Assembly (NCBI GenBank): GCA_951406725.2 | Contig: OX597824.1 | Span: 25,358,001-25,422,000, forward strand | Direction: 5' to 3' | DNA length: 64,000 nucleotides | Source: Octopus vulgaris | Lineage: Eukaryota | Part shown: positions 1 to 13,263 of the stretch, piece by piece | Position numbering within the stretch: the first letter of the stretch is position 1 | Layout of the letters: every line of letters begins with the position of its first letter | Notes under the pieces: generated by a model | What the model saw: the letters and a program-made list of their open reading frames with translations, nothing else | Databases searched by the model: none | What the model was told of the DNA's origin: nothing | Program-made: the position numbers and the translations under genes

Positions 1-271
1 ATGTATATATATATATGTTTATATGTGTCTATAAATATATATGTGCACATATATACATATATTTGTATATATATGTTTATATATGCATATGTATTTATAT
101 ATGTATGTATATATATATATACACATATATCAACATATATATATATGTATATATATGATTTAATATAATATAATGTAATATAATATATATATTATAGATG
201 TATATATATATATATATATATATATAGACATATATCCACACAAATATATAGTTGTATGTATATTCATATGT

Positions 272-324
<53 letters not shown>

Positions 325-450
325 CGTAAAAGGTGAAAAAAACTACAGAATACTTAAATGTTAAAAAATATATATATTTGCGTCAATATGTCTGAAGAAT
401 ATTAAAAAAAATTTTTTTTTTTTTTTTTCTCTTATAATGACATAATTACG

Positions 451-489
451 AAGAAAGACCGGTTTCGCATTTAGCTTTTCAAATTTCTT
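451..489 (-). ncRNA. Minimal type I hammerhead ribozyme-like motif (U3-A8 core variant) in the Penelope 3' region
   Basis: Minus strand reads AAGAAA-U-UUGAAAA-GC UAAAU GC-GAAA-CCGG-UC-UUUCUU: stem I AAGAAA/UUUCUU, palindromic stem III ACCGGU as in PLE hammerheads. Confidence 0.55.
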
Positions 490-584
490 GCGACGTTATG
501 TTTATGATGCATAGAGTTGTTCAGGAGAGTTCTAAATAGGGGGAGGTAGTGAGTGATTTCTTCCGGTGTAAGGGAGATAATCGC

Positions 585-1315
585 TTAAAAATTTTTTCTT
601 TCTTTCCCTTGGTGTGAATTTCTCAGTATGTTCGGATGGTTGAGTTTGGGCTTGTACTTTTCAATGAAGAATGTTTCTTTGTTTAATCTAATTTGTGTTG
701 ATGATCCGATAGCACATTGGTAAAATGGAAAGATTAAAAATTGTGGCAGTCGTTGCTTTGCGCATTTCTTAATGTGCTCACTAAAAGGTATCATTCTGTA
801 CTCTGGGAATGCAATCTGTTGTCGATGCAGTGTGCATCTACGTCTGAGTGATAGTCCCGTGGACCCCACGTAGTCTTGATGGCAGCCCGAGCATTTTATG
901 ACATAAATTATGTTTTCAGAGGCACAAGTAAAGTTAGATTTGATCTTGAATTTCTGTCCCTCTTTAAAGAGGAATTCTGATCCTTCTAGCAGGTTTGGAC
1001 ATGTTGCACAGTTCGATCTGCCACATTTTTTTACTGTTGCATCCGTAATTTCAGAAGACAATTTTGCCTTTGTGAGAATCTTTTTAAGTGATTTTGGTTG
1101 TTTGTAGCTTTTAATGATTTGGTGAATGTTTAGAATTTCCTTTAATTTGGGGTCTTTATGAAGTATTGGTAAATTCTGGGTGATGATGGTGAAGGCTTCT
1201 TTGTTTCTGGGGTTGTATGTAGATATGTAAGGTAGTATTTTCGGGGAGGGTGTGTTGTTGTGTTGAACTTTTCTTAAAGTTTCTATGTTGATTTCTGTTG
1301 CACGTCTGATCCCAT
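585..1315 (-). mobile_element. Penelope-like retroelement 3' fragment (RT thumb/linker + GIY-YIG endonuclease), 5'-truncated at a (TA)n tract
   Basis: ORF 585-1061 has CxxxxCxxC, NIIYVIKC..C...YVGST..L..R...H (GIY-YIG). The frame stays open upstream to ~1315 (DGIRRA...LPYISTYNP...YKQPKSLKKILTKAK), typical of the PLE linker. Confidence 0.9.
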
Positions 1316-1380
<65 letters not shown>

Positions 1381-1690
1381 ACTTGTGTATTCACAAATAC
1401 ACACATATATATAGGAACGGAAGCAAATATAGAAATATGAATATCTTTGTGTGTTTCATGTGCGTGTGTTTGTGTGTAAGTCAAATAAGTGTGTATGTGT
1501 TTTGTGTGTGTGTGTGTGGTTCTGTATCTGTGTGCAAGCAAATACACATACAATTGTTTCTTTGTTTGGCTTCCCACTAAATTTAATCTTTCGTTATTCG
1601 AAAGTGAAATACTTAGACAGCTTAACAATAAACATGTCTCCATCTTTGGACAGTTTTGTAAGCAATGGAGGAGATAGCTGGCTAGAAAGA

Positions 1691-1728
<38 letters not shown>

Positions 1729-2931
1729 TATATATAGATATATAGATTCAAAAATGAGAGACTGATAAACCAAAGAAGAGAAAGATATAGAAGCTATTGA
1801 GCGTGGTAAAAATTGTAAAGGGGTGAGCAAACCATGACATAGATTTATATAAATTGACCGATAGACGAATGAATGTATAAATAATGTTTGGATGTGCTGT
1901 ACTGGAGTTCTAGCGTAACTAGCAGCTAAAAGAAACCGAATACCACCTTATTATTTTGGAGGAGTGAAATTGCGTGGCTGAGTTGTTAAGGCGATGTACT
2001 CACGATCGCAAAATTGTGGCTTAAATTTCCGGACCGGGCTGTGCGTTGTACTCTTCTGTAAGAGATTTCATTTCATGCTGTCTGAATCCATTCAGCTGTA
2101 AGCGGGTAATCTTGCTACCGACTGGGGTCAGTGCTGTGACCTTGGTCCATTTACGCCGTGGAAACCGGGTTACCTGCTCTGTGAACCGTAAGACTCGTAT
2201 TATGTTTAGGAGTTGTCAAGTTTATCTACATTAATATGTTACCATCTTGTATATTGCAGTCTAAATTATCCACGTGATGGTTATGACTGGATCGCTTATG
2301 ATCAAAAGTCGTGTTACTCAGGGTTAACCGGATGTCTAGTGTGGTAGTTCAATGAAAGTTAAGAGGCAAAGACTACTTCAGCAGAATTTGAACTCAGAAC
2401 GTAAACACGGACGAAATGCCACAAATCAGTTTGCCCGGTGTGCTAACGATTCTTCCAGGTCACTGCCCTATCGTACACGCTTTATAATATTTCCACTTGT
2501 CACTCCGTTACTTAGCCCATCCGTAACGCTTTCGCGTGATTAGTTGAAGGGAGGCGGATGCGGGTGGGGAAAGAGAGGGGAGGTGCAGGTGGTTGTAAGT
2601 GAAATGTGTATTTTTTTAACTAAGATTTTTTTCTTTCATTACTTAGCCTTTCACGTGATTAGTTGAAGGGAAAGGTGAAGAACGAAAGAAAAACGAGAGT
2701 GAAAAATACGCTAAGACGAAGAGTGAGAGAGAAAGAGGGAGAGTGTTGTGAAATAAGTCTATAAAATTGTACATAAATTATATAAAGTCCATCAAATAAT
2801 CATCGCATTACAATTTCCTTCACTTTTTAATGATTAGCAGTTGAGCGACTGCTTGTACATATATGTGTGCATGTAGGTGTGCGTTTGTGTGAGTGTATAA
2901 GTGAGTGCGCGCATGTTAGTTTCCACATCAC

Positions 2932-3262
2932 GTGACAGGTGGTACTGGTGGAAGCACTCCGTCGGTTACGACGATGAGGGTTCCGGTTGATCCGATCAAC
3001 GGAACAGCCTGCTCGTGAAATTAACGTGTAAGTGGCTGAGCACTCCACAGACACGTGTACCCTTAACGTAGTTCTCGGGGATATTCAGCGTGACACAGAG
3101 AGTGACAAGGCCGGCCCTTTGAAATACAGGTACAACAGAAACAGGAAGAAAGAGTGAGAGAAAGTTGCGATGAAAGAGTACAGCAGGGATCACCACCATC
3201 CCCTGCCGGAGCCTCGTGGAGCTTTTAGGTGTTTTCACTCAATAAACACTCACAACGCCCGG
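2932..3262 (-). mobile_element. SINE body/tail (same family as 39468-39790)
   Basis: Reverse complement matches the ccttgtcactctctgtgtcacgctga...cgtcgtaaccgacggagt segment at 39630-39787. Confidence 0.75.
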
Positions 3263-3685
3263 TTGTGATTGGCTCGATTAAACTCTTCGAGTGGGTGCTA
3301 CGGCATGGCCCCAGTATGGCTGCTATCCAATGACTGTAGCCAGTAAAATATAGTTTAATCGTTTAATTCCTTTTTGAGTTGCTTTCGTGTCAGTACGATG
3401 GAACCATCAAATACTGTTCACACAGTTGAACAAAACAACAAAACACTTTTTTCTCTTTTACTTCTTTCAGCCTTTGAACTGCGGCTATGCTGGAGCACCG
3501 CTTTGAGGGGTATTAGTCGAATAAATCGACTTCGGAATTTTTGTTTTCTTTTTTATTCTTAAGTTTGATACCAAATCTATTGGTATCTTTATTGCTGAAT
3601 TGCTAAGGTACGAAAACAAACCAATAGCGATTGTTAAGGGGTGGTGAGAAAACAAACACTAAGACACACACAAATACACACACAA

Positions 3686-3791
<106 letters not shown>

Positions 3792-4238
3792 TAGTGGTGG
3801 TCTGCTCTTTGGAAGGTCCTGCGCATATGGACCTTCTCCAGCACTGTCTGTGTAATCTGGGAGGGCCCATTTCCCCTGTGCCATCGTTAAGTAGATTACT
3901 GGAGCCTCGGCGACCATGACCAGACTTGGAAATAATATTGGAGCAGTTTTCCGTTGTCTTCTTCAGGCAGGTAGGATTTGAACACATAATGTAGAGAGTC
4001 GGAAGACATACCGTAAAGCATTTCTGTCGACATCCAACGATTCTGCTTCTCTCCCACTCGCAGAGCAACGTGAAATGAAATGTTTTGCTGAAGAACACAA
4101 CGCGTCGCCTAGTCTGGGAATCGAACCCACGATCTAGCGAGTACAATCTCATGATCACTATTCCACATGCCTTACAGATATGCAAGGTATCCCAAAAGTG
4201 ACTGATAGGCTTCAAGTTTTAATAACTTCCTTATTATA

Positions 4239-4650
4239 GGCTTAGGAGTGGCTGTGTGGTAAGTAGTTTGCTTACGAACCACATTGTTCCGGGTTCAGTT
4301 CCACTGCGTGGCACCTTGGGCAAGTGTCTTCTACTATAGCCTCGGGCCGACCAAAGCCTTGTGAGTGGATTTGGTAGACGGAAACTGAAAGAAGCCCGTC
4401 GTATATATGTTTATATATAGATATATATGTATGTGTGTGTATATGTTTGTGTGTCTGTGTTTGTCCCCCCAAACATCGCTTGACAACCGATGCTGGTGTG
4501 CTTACGTCCTCGTCACTTAGCGGGTCGGCAAAAGACACCGATAGAATAAGTGCTAGGCTTACAAAGAATAAGTCCTGGGGTCGAGTTGCTCGACTAAAGG
4601 CGGTGCTCCAGCATGGCCGCAGTCAAATGACTGTAACAAGTAAAAGAGTA
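4239..4650 (+). mobile_element. tRNA-derived SINE, family A (ggagtggctgtgtggtaag... ...gactgaaacaagtaaaagag)
   Basis: A/B-box-like head; further copies at 8540-8920, 18865-19265, 30021-30460, 59047-59420 and 59461-59870. Confidence 0.85.
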
Positions 4651-5119
4651 ACTCTTCAAATAAAGTTTGATACAATATAAAGGACATAATGGATAATAAT
4701 ATGCACAAGTCAAATTTTGCAGCACCACTACACCGACATGGCAGCCATTTTCAGCTCTTTCCAAAAGACCCTCAAGAGTTTCAGACTCCACTTCTTTGAT
4801 TTCTCTATTGATGTTCTCCTTCAGTTACACCAGAGTCTCTGATTTGTTGACGTAAACACTCTATAAACCCTTTATTTGTAAAGCGAAGGAAGTTATTAAA
4901 ACTTGAAGCCCACCAGTCACATTGTTTCCGTTTAAGCAAATTCATTCACAAGCCACTTGTCGGTCTCGGGTTTATAGTACAAGACTCGGCCAAGGTGCCG
5001 TGCCGTAAGACTGAACCCCGAAAATACATGACTGCAAAGCGAGCCACTTATCTCCACAGCTATGTCTGCGACTCTCACTCTCCGCCTACTCTCCCCCCCT
5101 CTCTCTCTCTCTCTCTCAT

Positions 5120-5305
5120 ATCACCGTGACCGAGCAGACCATCGCATTGTTTTAGCCTTCGAATGACGCCACCCCGCTGGCTAAGCGATCAGGCCAACAA
5201 AAGAAAGAGTGGGAGAAAGAGTTGTGAAAGAGTACAGCAGGGATCGCCACCACCACCCTACGACCGCGAGTCCGCTGCCCTAACCACTGGGCCATTGCGC
5301 CTCCA

Positions 5306-5307
<2 letters not shown>
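5120..5307 (-). mobile_element. tRNA-derived SINE, family C, internally deleted
   Basis: Head ggaggcgcaatggcccagtggttagggcagcggactcgcggtcg on minus strand; matches 14383-14682 and 42426-42727. Confidence 0.75.
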
Positions 5308-5398
<91 letters not shown>

Positions 5399-5428
5399 CA
5401 CGCACACACACACACACACACACACATA

Positions 5429-5544
5429 AATATTTAGCAGAAGTAACAGAGCAACTGAAGGTCCGAGAGAGTTTCGTGTGTTGCCACCTGGCAATACACG
5501 GAACTCTCGGACCTTGAGTCACTCTGTTACCTCTGCTAAATATT
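5429..5544. repeat. ~116-bp near-perfect palindrome (hairpin)
   Basis: aatatttagcaga.gtaacagag...aaggtccgagag..tt.cgtgt.ttgcca pairs with tggcaatacacggaactctcggacctt...ctctgttac.tctgctaaatatt. Confidence 0.85.
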
Positions 5545-5674
5545 AATGAAAATATACATGAACTTATTTTTTGAGATCTATTTTTCCTGTTTGCAGTAAC
5601 ATACCTGATGTGTGTGAGCGTGTGCGTGTGTATGTGTGTGTGTGTGTGTGTGCGCGCGCGCGTATGTATATATG

Positions 5675-5728
<54 letters not shown>

Positions 5729-6013
5729 GAATTTCAACTGTGTTTCGTGGTCTGCTACAACAACAGCTCCTTTATAGGATCCCGTTAGCTCAAAACATCA
5801 TCACGAGGAACCAAGTCCGGTTTCGACCCCTACTCCTCTACCGTTTTGACGTGGGACCCCCCCCCCCCCCTTTCGGAGGTGTCTTCAGCTCTGGTGTTGG
5901 GTGCATGTCTTCTTTCTTCATTCTTCTGTTCTCTGACCTCTTCGATGTAGCGCCAACGAGTGTCAGCGGGCGACTGGCTGACATACAGAATTCCGCAATA
6001 AATACGCAATAGC

Positions 6014-7971
6014 GTCATCATCATCATCATCATTGTTCGACCGTGGTCGAGACAATGGAATTTACCATGCTACGCCAGACTTCACTGTCCATCATGGCAT
6101 TACGAAGGTCCTGTTGCTGGATGCCTGTATCCCTGGAGATTACATCAGGGTAGGAGAGTGTGCGCCCTCTGGCATTGCGAGTAGATGGCTTCCAGAGGAG
6201 GAGACAATAGAATTTACCATGCTACGCCAGACTTCACGGTCCATCATGGCATTACGGAGGTCCTGTTGCTGGATGCCTGTATCCCTGGAGATGACATCAG
6301 GGTAGGAGAGTGTGCGCCCTCTGGCATTGCGAGTAGATGGCTTCCAGAGGAGGAGACAATAGAATTTACCATGCTACGCCAGACTTCACTGTCCATCATG
6401 GCATTACGGAGGTCCTGTTGCTGGATGCCTGTATCCCTGGAGATGACATCAGGGTAGGAGAGTGTGCGCCCTCTGGCATTGCGAGTAGATGGCTTCCAGA
6501 GGAGGAGACAATAGAATTTACCATGCTACGCCAGACTTCACGGTCCATCATGGCATTACGGAGGTCCTGTTGCTGGATGCCTGTATCCCTGGAGATTACA
6601 TCAGGGTAGGAGAGTGTGCGCCCTCTGGCATTGCGAGTAGATGGCTTCCAGAGGAGGAGACAATAGAATTTACCATGCTACGCCAGACTTCACGGTCCAT
6701 CATGGCATTACGAAGGTCCTAGAATTTACCATGCTACGCCAGACTTCACGGTCCATCATGGCATTACGAAGGTCCTGTTGCTGGATGCCTGTATCCCTGG
6801 AGATTACATCAGGGTAGGAGAGTGTGCGCCCTCTGGCATTGCGAGTAGATGGCTTCCAGAGGAGGAGACAATAGAATTTACCATGCTACGCCAGACTTCA
6901 CGGTCCATCATGGCATTACGAAGGTCCTGTTGCTGGATGCCTGTATCCCTGGAGATGACATCAGGGTAGGAGAGTGTGCGCCCTCTGGCATTGCGAGTAG
7001 ATGGCTTCCAGAGGAGGAGACAATAGAATTTACCATGCTACGCCAGACTTCACTGTCCATCATGGCATTACGAAGGTCCTGTTGCTGGATGCCTGTATCC
7101 CTGGAGATGACATCAGGGTAGGAGAGTGTGCGCCCTCTGGCATTGCGAGTAGATGGCTTCCAGAGGAGGAGACAATAGAATTTACCATGCTACGCCAGAC
7201 TTCACGGTCCATCATGGCATTACGGAGGTCCTGTTGCTGGATGCCTGTATCCCTGGAGATTACATCAGGGTAGGAGAGTGTGCGCCCTCTGGCATTGCGA
7301 GTAGATGGCTTCCAGAGGAGGAGACAATAGAATTTACCATGCTACGCCAGACTTCACTGTCCATCATGGCATTACGGAGGTCCTGTTGCTGGATGCCTGT
7401 ATCCCTGGGGATGACATCAGGGTAGGAGAGTGTGCGCCCTCTGGCATTGCGAGTAGATGGCTTCCAGAGGAGAAGAGTAGAAATTGCCTTGTTTTCAGCT
7501 CTACGACAATGTCCAGCAATCTGGACTCTCCTACGTTTCACAAGAGATGACACAGATGGTTGTTTCCCATATATTTGCATTTTGGTTGGATGACACTTCC
7601 ACGAGAGATTTTGAGCTCTCATAAGGAGGCGAGTGTAGGTTCCATCCAACCGCCTCTCAAGCTTCTTTGATAACGTCCAGGTTTCTGAGCCATATAGTAG
7701 AATTGGTTCGACCGTGGCTTTAAAGATTTCAAGTTTGAAGTCTCTACTTAGATTTGATGACCAGATCATTACAGGCTGACCAGGCCATACTCTTTCTAGT
7801 TAGAAAATCTTTTCCAGATGATGATATGTATGACCCAAGATATTTGTAATCAGAAACCATATTTAAAGGCGCATTGTTGAGAGTATGGATGATGCAATCA
7901 CTGTTGGACAGGCACTTGTTTATATATTCAGTCTTGGCCTCACCCAACTTGGCTATAGCACCCAACTTCAA
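6014..7971 (-). mobile_element. RTE-clade LINE 3' fragment (RT C-terminus) with (TGA)n tail
   Basis: YKYLGSYI and KLEIFKATVEPILLYGSETWTL...GHCRR motifs with a frameshift near 7750-7770; ends SIVSTTVEQ* followed by tgatgatga. Confidence 0.9.
6049..7472. repeat. Tandem array of nine 152-bp units (plus one 56-bp internal duplication) derived from the RTE 3' end
   Basis: Unit starts (gagacaat) at 6049, 6201, 6353, 6505, 6657, 6865, 7017, 7169 and 7321; 6665-6720 is repeated at 6721-6776. Confidence 0.95.
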
Positions 7972-8087
7972 ACAACATTAACAACAACAACAACGACGAC
8001 AACAACAGCAACAACAACAACTACTACTAATTAATACGACGACGACAACGACGACGCAAAAATAACAGTTCTACGAAATTTGCTTGT

Positions 8088-8294
8088 CTACACGTTTATT
8101 GAGGACACGAGAGAACCATTTGTGTTCGCATTGTGATGTTTCATTATATATTGAAGCCAGTCCATATATGGCTTTAACCATGTAAAAACGTTAGGTAAAC
8201 CAGTTGTGTGACAGCCACCGGCGCCCCATGATGTTATTCCTATTTGGAAGAATCTTCCATCTTGACGGCAAACTAATGGACCACCAGAATCTCC
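8088..8294 (-). CDS. S1A serine protease, last coding exon (catalytic Ser195)
   Basis: ttttag|GDSGGPLVCRQDGRFFQIGITSWGAGGCHTTGLPNVFTWLKPYMDWLQYIMKHHNANTNGSLVSSINV*; phase 0 matches the upstream exon. Confidence 0.93.
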   Translation of the reverse strand, partial: GDSGGPLVCRQDGRFFQIGITSWGAGGCHTTGLPNVFTWLKPYMDWLQYIMKHHNANTNGSLVSSINV

Positions 8295-8539
8295 CTAAAA
8301 ATAAAATAAAATAAAATATCAATAAGCAATAATGGTTTCTAGACAAGGTCAGCAATTAGCGCCAAGCCAAATTCTTGACTAGTATTTAATTTTATTAACC
8401 CCGAAAGGATGGCTGGCAGAGCCGACCCCGGTAGAAATCGGGACGTGAAGAGTGACATCAAATACTGCGAGGCGTTTTTTCTTTCCTTTTGTACATTCGC
8501 AATTCTCTCAGCCTGCTTCCTTTAAAATTAGTAACTCTC

Positions 8540-8920
8540 TATAAGTAGCTTGTTTACCAACCACATGGTTCCGGGTTCAGTCACACTGCGTGGCACCTTG
8601 GGCAAGTGTCTTCTACTATAGCCTCGGGCCGACCAAAGCTTTGTGAGTAGATTTGGTAGACGGAAACTGAAAGAAGCCTGTCGTATATATGCATATATAT
8701 GTGTGTGCGTGTGTGCATGTTTGTGTCTATGTTTATCTCCCCCAACATCGCTTGACAACCGATGCTGGTGTGCTTACGTCCCCGTAACTTAGCGGTTCGG
8801 CAAAAAAGAATGATATAATAAGTACTAGGCTTACAAAGAATATCTCCTGGGGTCGATTTGATCGATTAAAGGTGGTGTTCCCGCATGGCTGCAGTCAAAT
8901 GACTGAAACAAGTAAAAGAG
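8540..8920 (+). mobile_element. SINE family A copy (intronic)
   Basis: High similarity to 4260-4650. Confidence 0.85.
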
Positions 8921-8924
8921 TCTT

Positions 8925-9300
8925 GTTGTTAAACATGTTAGGGGTCTATAATTTTTTTTGGTTCCTTTGTTTCTTCCTTTTTTGGAAGTAGCAATGTAAC
9001 ACCATTAACTAGCCAAGAGAGACCGATATTAGTTTGTTGCAAAACATTGTTGCAATTTTTGATAGCAGTTCATGACTCTCTGGGAAGACATTCAACCAGA
9101 AATTATGAATTTTATCCTTTCATGGAAGCCTCCAGGAAAGAACGAAATTCTAGTTGAATGTCTTCCCAGAGAGTCATGAACTGCTAACAAAACTTTACAA
9201 CAATGTATTGCAACAACCCTCTTTGCTAGTTAATTCCTACTTCCAAAATATGAAGAAACAAATTAACCAAGAACTTATAGAACCATAACCTGCTTGACAA
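8925..9300. repeat. Long imperfect inverted repeat (foldback/MITE-like) in protease intron
   Basis: Core tagcagttcatgactctctgggaagacattcaac (9063-9096) is perfectly complementary to 9154-9186; arms extend imperfectly to ~8925 and ~9300. Confidence 0.8.
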
Positions 9301-9339
9301 TGTATAAAATACTAACATCTGTCTTGACTGAATATACTT

Positions 9340-9570
9340 ATTTATTTACTACCCACAAGGGGCTAAACACAGAGGGGACAAACATGGACAGACAAACGGA
9401 TTAAGTCGATTATATCGACCCCAGTGCCTAACTGGTACTTATTCAATCGACCCCGAAAGGATGAAAGGCAAAGTCGACCTCGGCGGAATTTGAACTCAGA
9501 ACGTAGCGATAGACGAAATACTACTAAGCATTTCGCCCGGCGTGCTAACGTTTCTGCCAGCTCACCGCCT
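9340..9570 (-). mobile_element. tRNA-derived SINE, family B (ggcggtgagctggcagaaacgttagcacgccgggcgaaatgc...)
   Basis: B-box gagttcaaattcc; copies at 18157-18498, 24979-25210, 30518-30750, 34100-34322 and 59925-60155. Confidence 0.85.
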
Positions 9571-9684
9571 AAACCAGCTCACCTATAGTCATGTAGTACT
9601 GTGTAGTATCTTGGGCAAGTGTCTTCAACGATAGCAACAATAGCGGCCCAAAGCCCTTGAGTGAGTTTAATGGACTGAAGCTTC

Positions 9685-9760
<76 letters not shown>

Positions 9761-10123
9761 TGTGCGTGTGTATGTGGGTGTCTGTCTTTGTGTCTGTCCT
9801 TCACTGCTTGATAAGAAGTGCTGGTTTGTTTATAACCCTGAAACTTAGCGGTTTGCCAGCAGATATCGATAAAATAAGTACCAGATTTTAAAAACCAAAT
9901 TAAGTATGGGTGCCATTTGTCCTATTAACACTCTTCAAGCCACAGCTCCAGCATGGCCGGAGTCCAATGACTGAAACAAGTGGAAGATACATTTTGACTT
10001 CCCTTTTAAGATTTTTGGATCTTATGGTTACAGAAGTGTAATCCTAGAAAAGAAAACATACAAAGAAACAAAGTAAAAAAAAAAGAACGAAAGCAAATGA
10101 AGGCAATATATTATCTTACTTAC

Positions 10124-10257
10124 AGCGCATGCGCCGGTCACACCATTTCCGATACAGATATGACTGGATAGAATTAATCCTTGCCAACTTGAATTACAGG
10201 AGTTCGTGTCGGTGATGGTTACTTTCAATTCATTTAACACATTAGGGTCACCAGTGT
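10124..10257 (-). CDS. S1A serine protease exon 5
   Basis: ctttcag|(C)AC-TGDPNVLNELKVTITDTNSCNSSWQGLILSSHICIGNGVTGACA|gtaagt; phase 1 in, phase 0 out. Confidence 0.92.
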
Positions 10258-10263
10258 CTGAAA

Positions 10264-10311
<48 letters not shown>

Positions 10312-10356
10312 AAACAAGTCAGGATAGAAAATGCTAAAATAATTTTATAAAGAATA

Positions 10357-10398
10357 TTTCAGTACCGGTTTCAGTCATTGAGACCTTTTCAACTGTAA
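10357..10398 (-). ncRNA. Minimal hammerhead ribozyme-like motif (U3-A8 core) in a PLE remnant
   Basis: Minus strand: CAG-UUGAAAA-GGUC UCAAU GACU-GAAA-CCGG-UA-CUG. Confidence 0.55.
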
Positions 10399-10506
10399 CA
10401 ATCAAATAATAAAATTTAGAAAAATTAAAAGAAAAGTTTTTTTTAAAGAATATTTGTATAGTGTTCAAATATAAGTGGCATTTCCTTGTTTCTGCCTTTC
10501 TCTGTC

Positions 10507-10561
<55 letters not shown>

Positions 10562-10907
10562 GCTTATATATGTATGTGTGTGTGTGTGTGTAGGTTTGTG
10601 TGTGTGTGTTTGCATGTGTGTGTGTATATATATATATACATATGTATGAATGTATGTATGTATACACTTTATTTGTAGATAATCGACGCTGCCAATGATT
10701 CCAGGTGGAAGAATTTCCACAATTTTCAAGCGAGCCATTTAAAAATGCTGGTAATCGCCTCTCTTTTGAATGAGGCTACATGTAGAATTCCCAAATGAAT
10801 ATATTCACATGGGGAGGTAATTTATAAGCATTTGATTGCTAATTCCTTTGTGTTCAACATTAATTGATTATATCAATGCAACTACTTATATATGTATAAT
10901 CATGGAG

Positions 10908-10940
<33 letters not shown>

Positions 10941-11126
10941 GATCGTTAACTCCTACACACATTTTTTTCTCTCCTTGTTTTTTTTCTGTGTATCTTTCTG
11001 TCGAAGAGCGTAGGCTCGAAACGTAAAAGACTTGTTCTATTTCTATTCCTGAGCGCCATACTAATACATTTGTTTGTTTGTACTCCACCTGCCTTCGCCT
11101 TTTGTTTATTTTCGTAAACATTCCCG

Positions 11127-11165
<39 letters not shown>

Positions 11166-11599
11166 CATGAACGCACACATATGCATGTGTTTGCATGCAA
11201 ATATACATATACTTATAAATAGGTATACACAAACTCACTCACAAACACACACACACACATATTGATTAGTTATAAGATTCATTAGAATCTAGGTACACCA
11301 ACAAGTAATACGCTAGAAATGGCTAGGTGCGAAAACATAGGGTTGAGTGTGAGATAAAACAAGCAAGAAGCCATCTTGTGTTGGTAGGATACTGTAGATA
11401 TGTAAGTGCGAAATCCAACTTAAACTGTAGATCCGATTCTGGATTTAAAGTTTACGACTGCTGTTTCACTGCAATTTTATTGATGTATTTATAGATTACG
11501 TCATATCATAAATCCACGATCATGAGATAAAATTGTGAACAGGTATGCATGTATGTATGTACGTATGTATGCATGTATGTATGTATGTATGTATGTATA

Positions 11600-11848
<249 letters not shown>

Positions 11849-11938
11849 AATATTTACTGAATCTCAGTTTTTTATGCGCCAAACCATTGGTGTTAAACTG
11901 ATATTATTAAATTAATATACAATTTTTCACCCTCATTT

Positions 11939-12003
<65 letters not shown>

Positions 12004-12013
12004 TGTATGTATT

Positions 12014-13263
12014 GTACACTCGCTTATTCGCGGTTCGGTATTCGCGATCCCGGTTATTCGCTGAGCTGGTAATTGTTTGCGGAAACCACTGCATATTCGC
12101 AGGATCGTAAATATCGTCCGCGATTTTTTATGGCATTTTTCTTGGCAATATATTATACACATTCCCAGACTTTTTAATGCTAAACTATTAATAATAATAT
12201 ACCGTAGTTGCCGGTTTACTGGACGCCCCTTCGTAGCTGAAGATCCCTCTGATAAGAATAGCCGCGCATCAAATTGCTTGATATTTTTTTTTTAGATACA
12301 AGTACACTGTATCTTGTATCTCTTATTCCTGCTTCCAATAAATGCTTGCTAGTTAGTATAGCGACTACCAGCGCATTTTTAAAAACCATCCCTACATTTG
12401 ATCATACACAATGTTTATTACAACAGGATAATTTTTAAGGTGATGAGCCAATACAGCCTCATTGAAATGAGGTTACTTGCTGGTCCCCCCTCTCTCTCTC
12501 CCTCTTTTATTATTATAGTATAGATTACTGTATCTAGTGATAATACAAATTTTTCAAAACCATGATTATCTTTAATCTCTGCTCAATCTTCCGTTGGTGG
12601 TAAGCGCATATTAGATGCAATGAAGAATGCTTTGAAGGTTGTTTTTTTTCGAAAAACGGCGTCCAGTTGCTACCTCCAGTATTTTTGGGGGGTGCTGTAT
12701 TTTTCGCAGCATATTATTAAGGCCCTAAGATGCCGCCCAAATGCCTTACATCTTCTAAGACTTCTGGCAATGAACCTGAGGTCCAGAAAAAGGTTATGAC
12801 GCTCCATGAGAAGGCACAACTGCTGGATGTATTCCAGGAAGGTAAAAGTTATGCTGCAGTAGGTCGCTATTATGTTATCAACGAAAGCACCAAACGCTAC
12901 ACAAGGAAGAACGAAGTGGCGATCAGGATTACCGTAGCAGTAAATTTCTATGAAAGAGCCAAAAGGATAACTATAGTGAGAAATAGGCACTTCGTCAGTA
13001 TGGAATCTGATTTGGCATTGTGTATCAGTGACTGCAAGAAGAAAAACATCCCCTTGAGCGGTAATATCATCCGTGAGAAAGCGCGGAAATTATACCAACA
13101 ATTCGACAGAGGAGACAGAGCAAAAGCACCGAAGAACCGCAACCAAAACCATATATTTTGACATTTATAGGCATTTTTATGGACCATGTCCAATATTCTC
13201 GGTTTTTTACTATTCACGGGTGCTCTAGAAACGTAACCCCCGCGAATACCAGGGGACTACTGT
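12014..13263 (+). mobile_element. Tigger/pogo-like DNA transposon, internally deleted (CENP-B-type HTH domains only)
   Basis: ORF 12730-13161: KKVMTLHEKAQLLD...SYAAVGRYYVINEST...MESDLALCISDCKKKNIPLSGNIIREKARKLY. The right end reads cagtagtcccctggtattcgcgg on the minus strand; the left end has cttattcgcgg. Confidence 0.85.

Noticed and set aside
1156-1765. Numerous [12 protein letters not shown], poly-I, poly-V and poly-S/L ORFs here and across the window
   Set aside because: Translations of (TA)n, (GT)n, (TAA)n, (TAG)n and (CT)n microsatellites.
6033-7550. Repeated 90-aa plus-strand ORFs / CRISPR-like periodicity
   Set aside because: Units are contiguous with no unique spacers and no cas genes; they are antisense readings of a tandemly amplified RTE 3' end.
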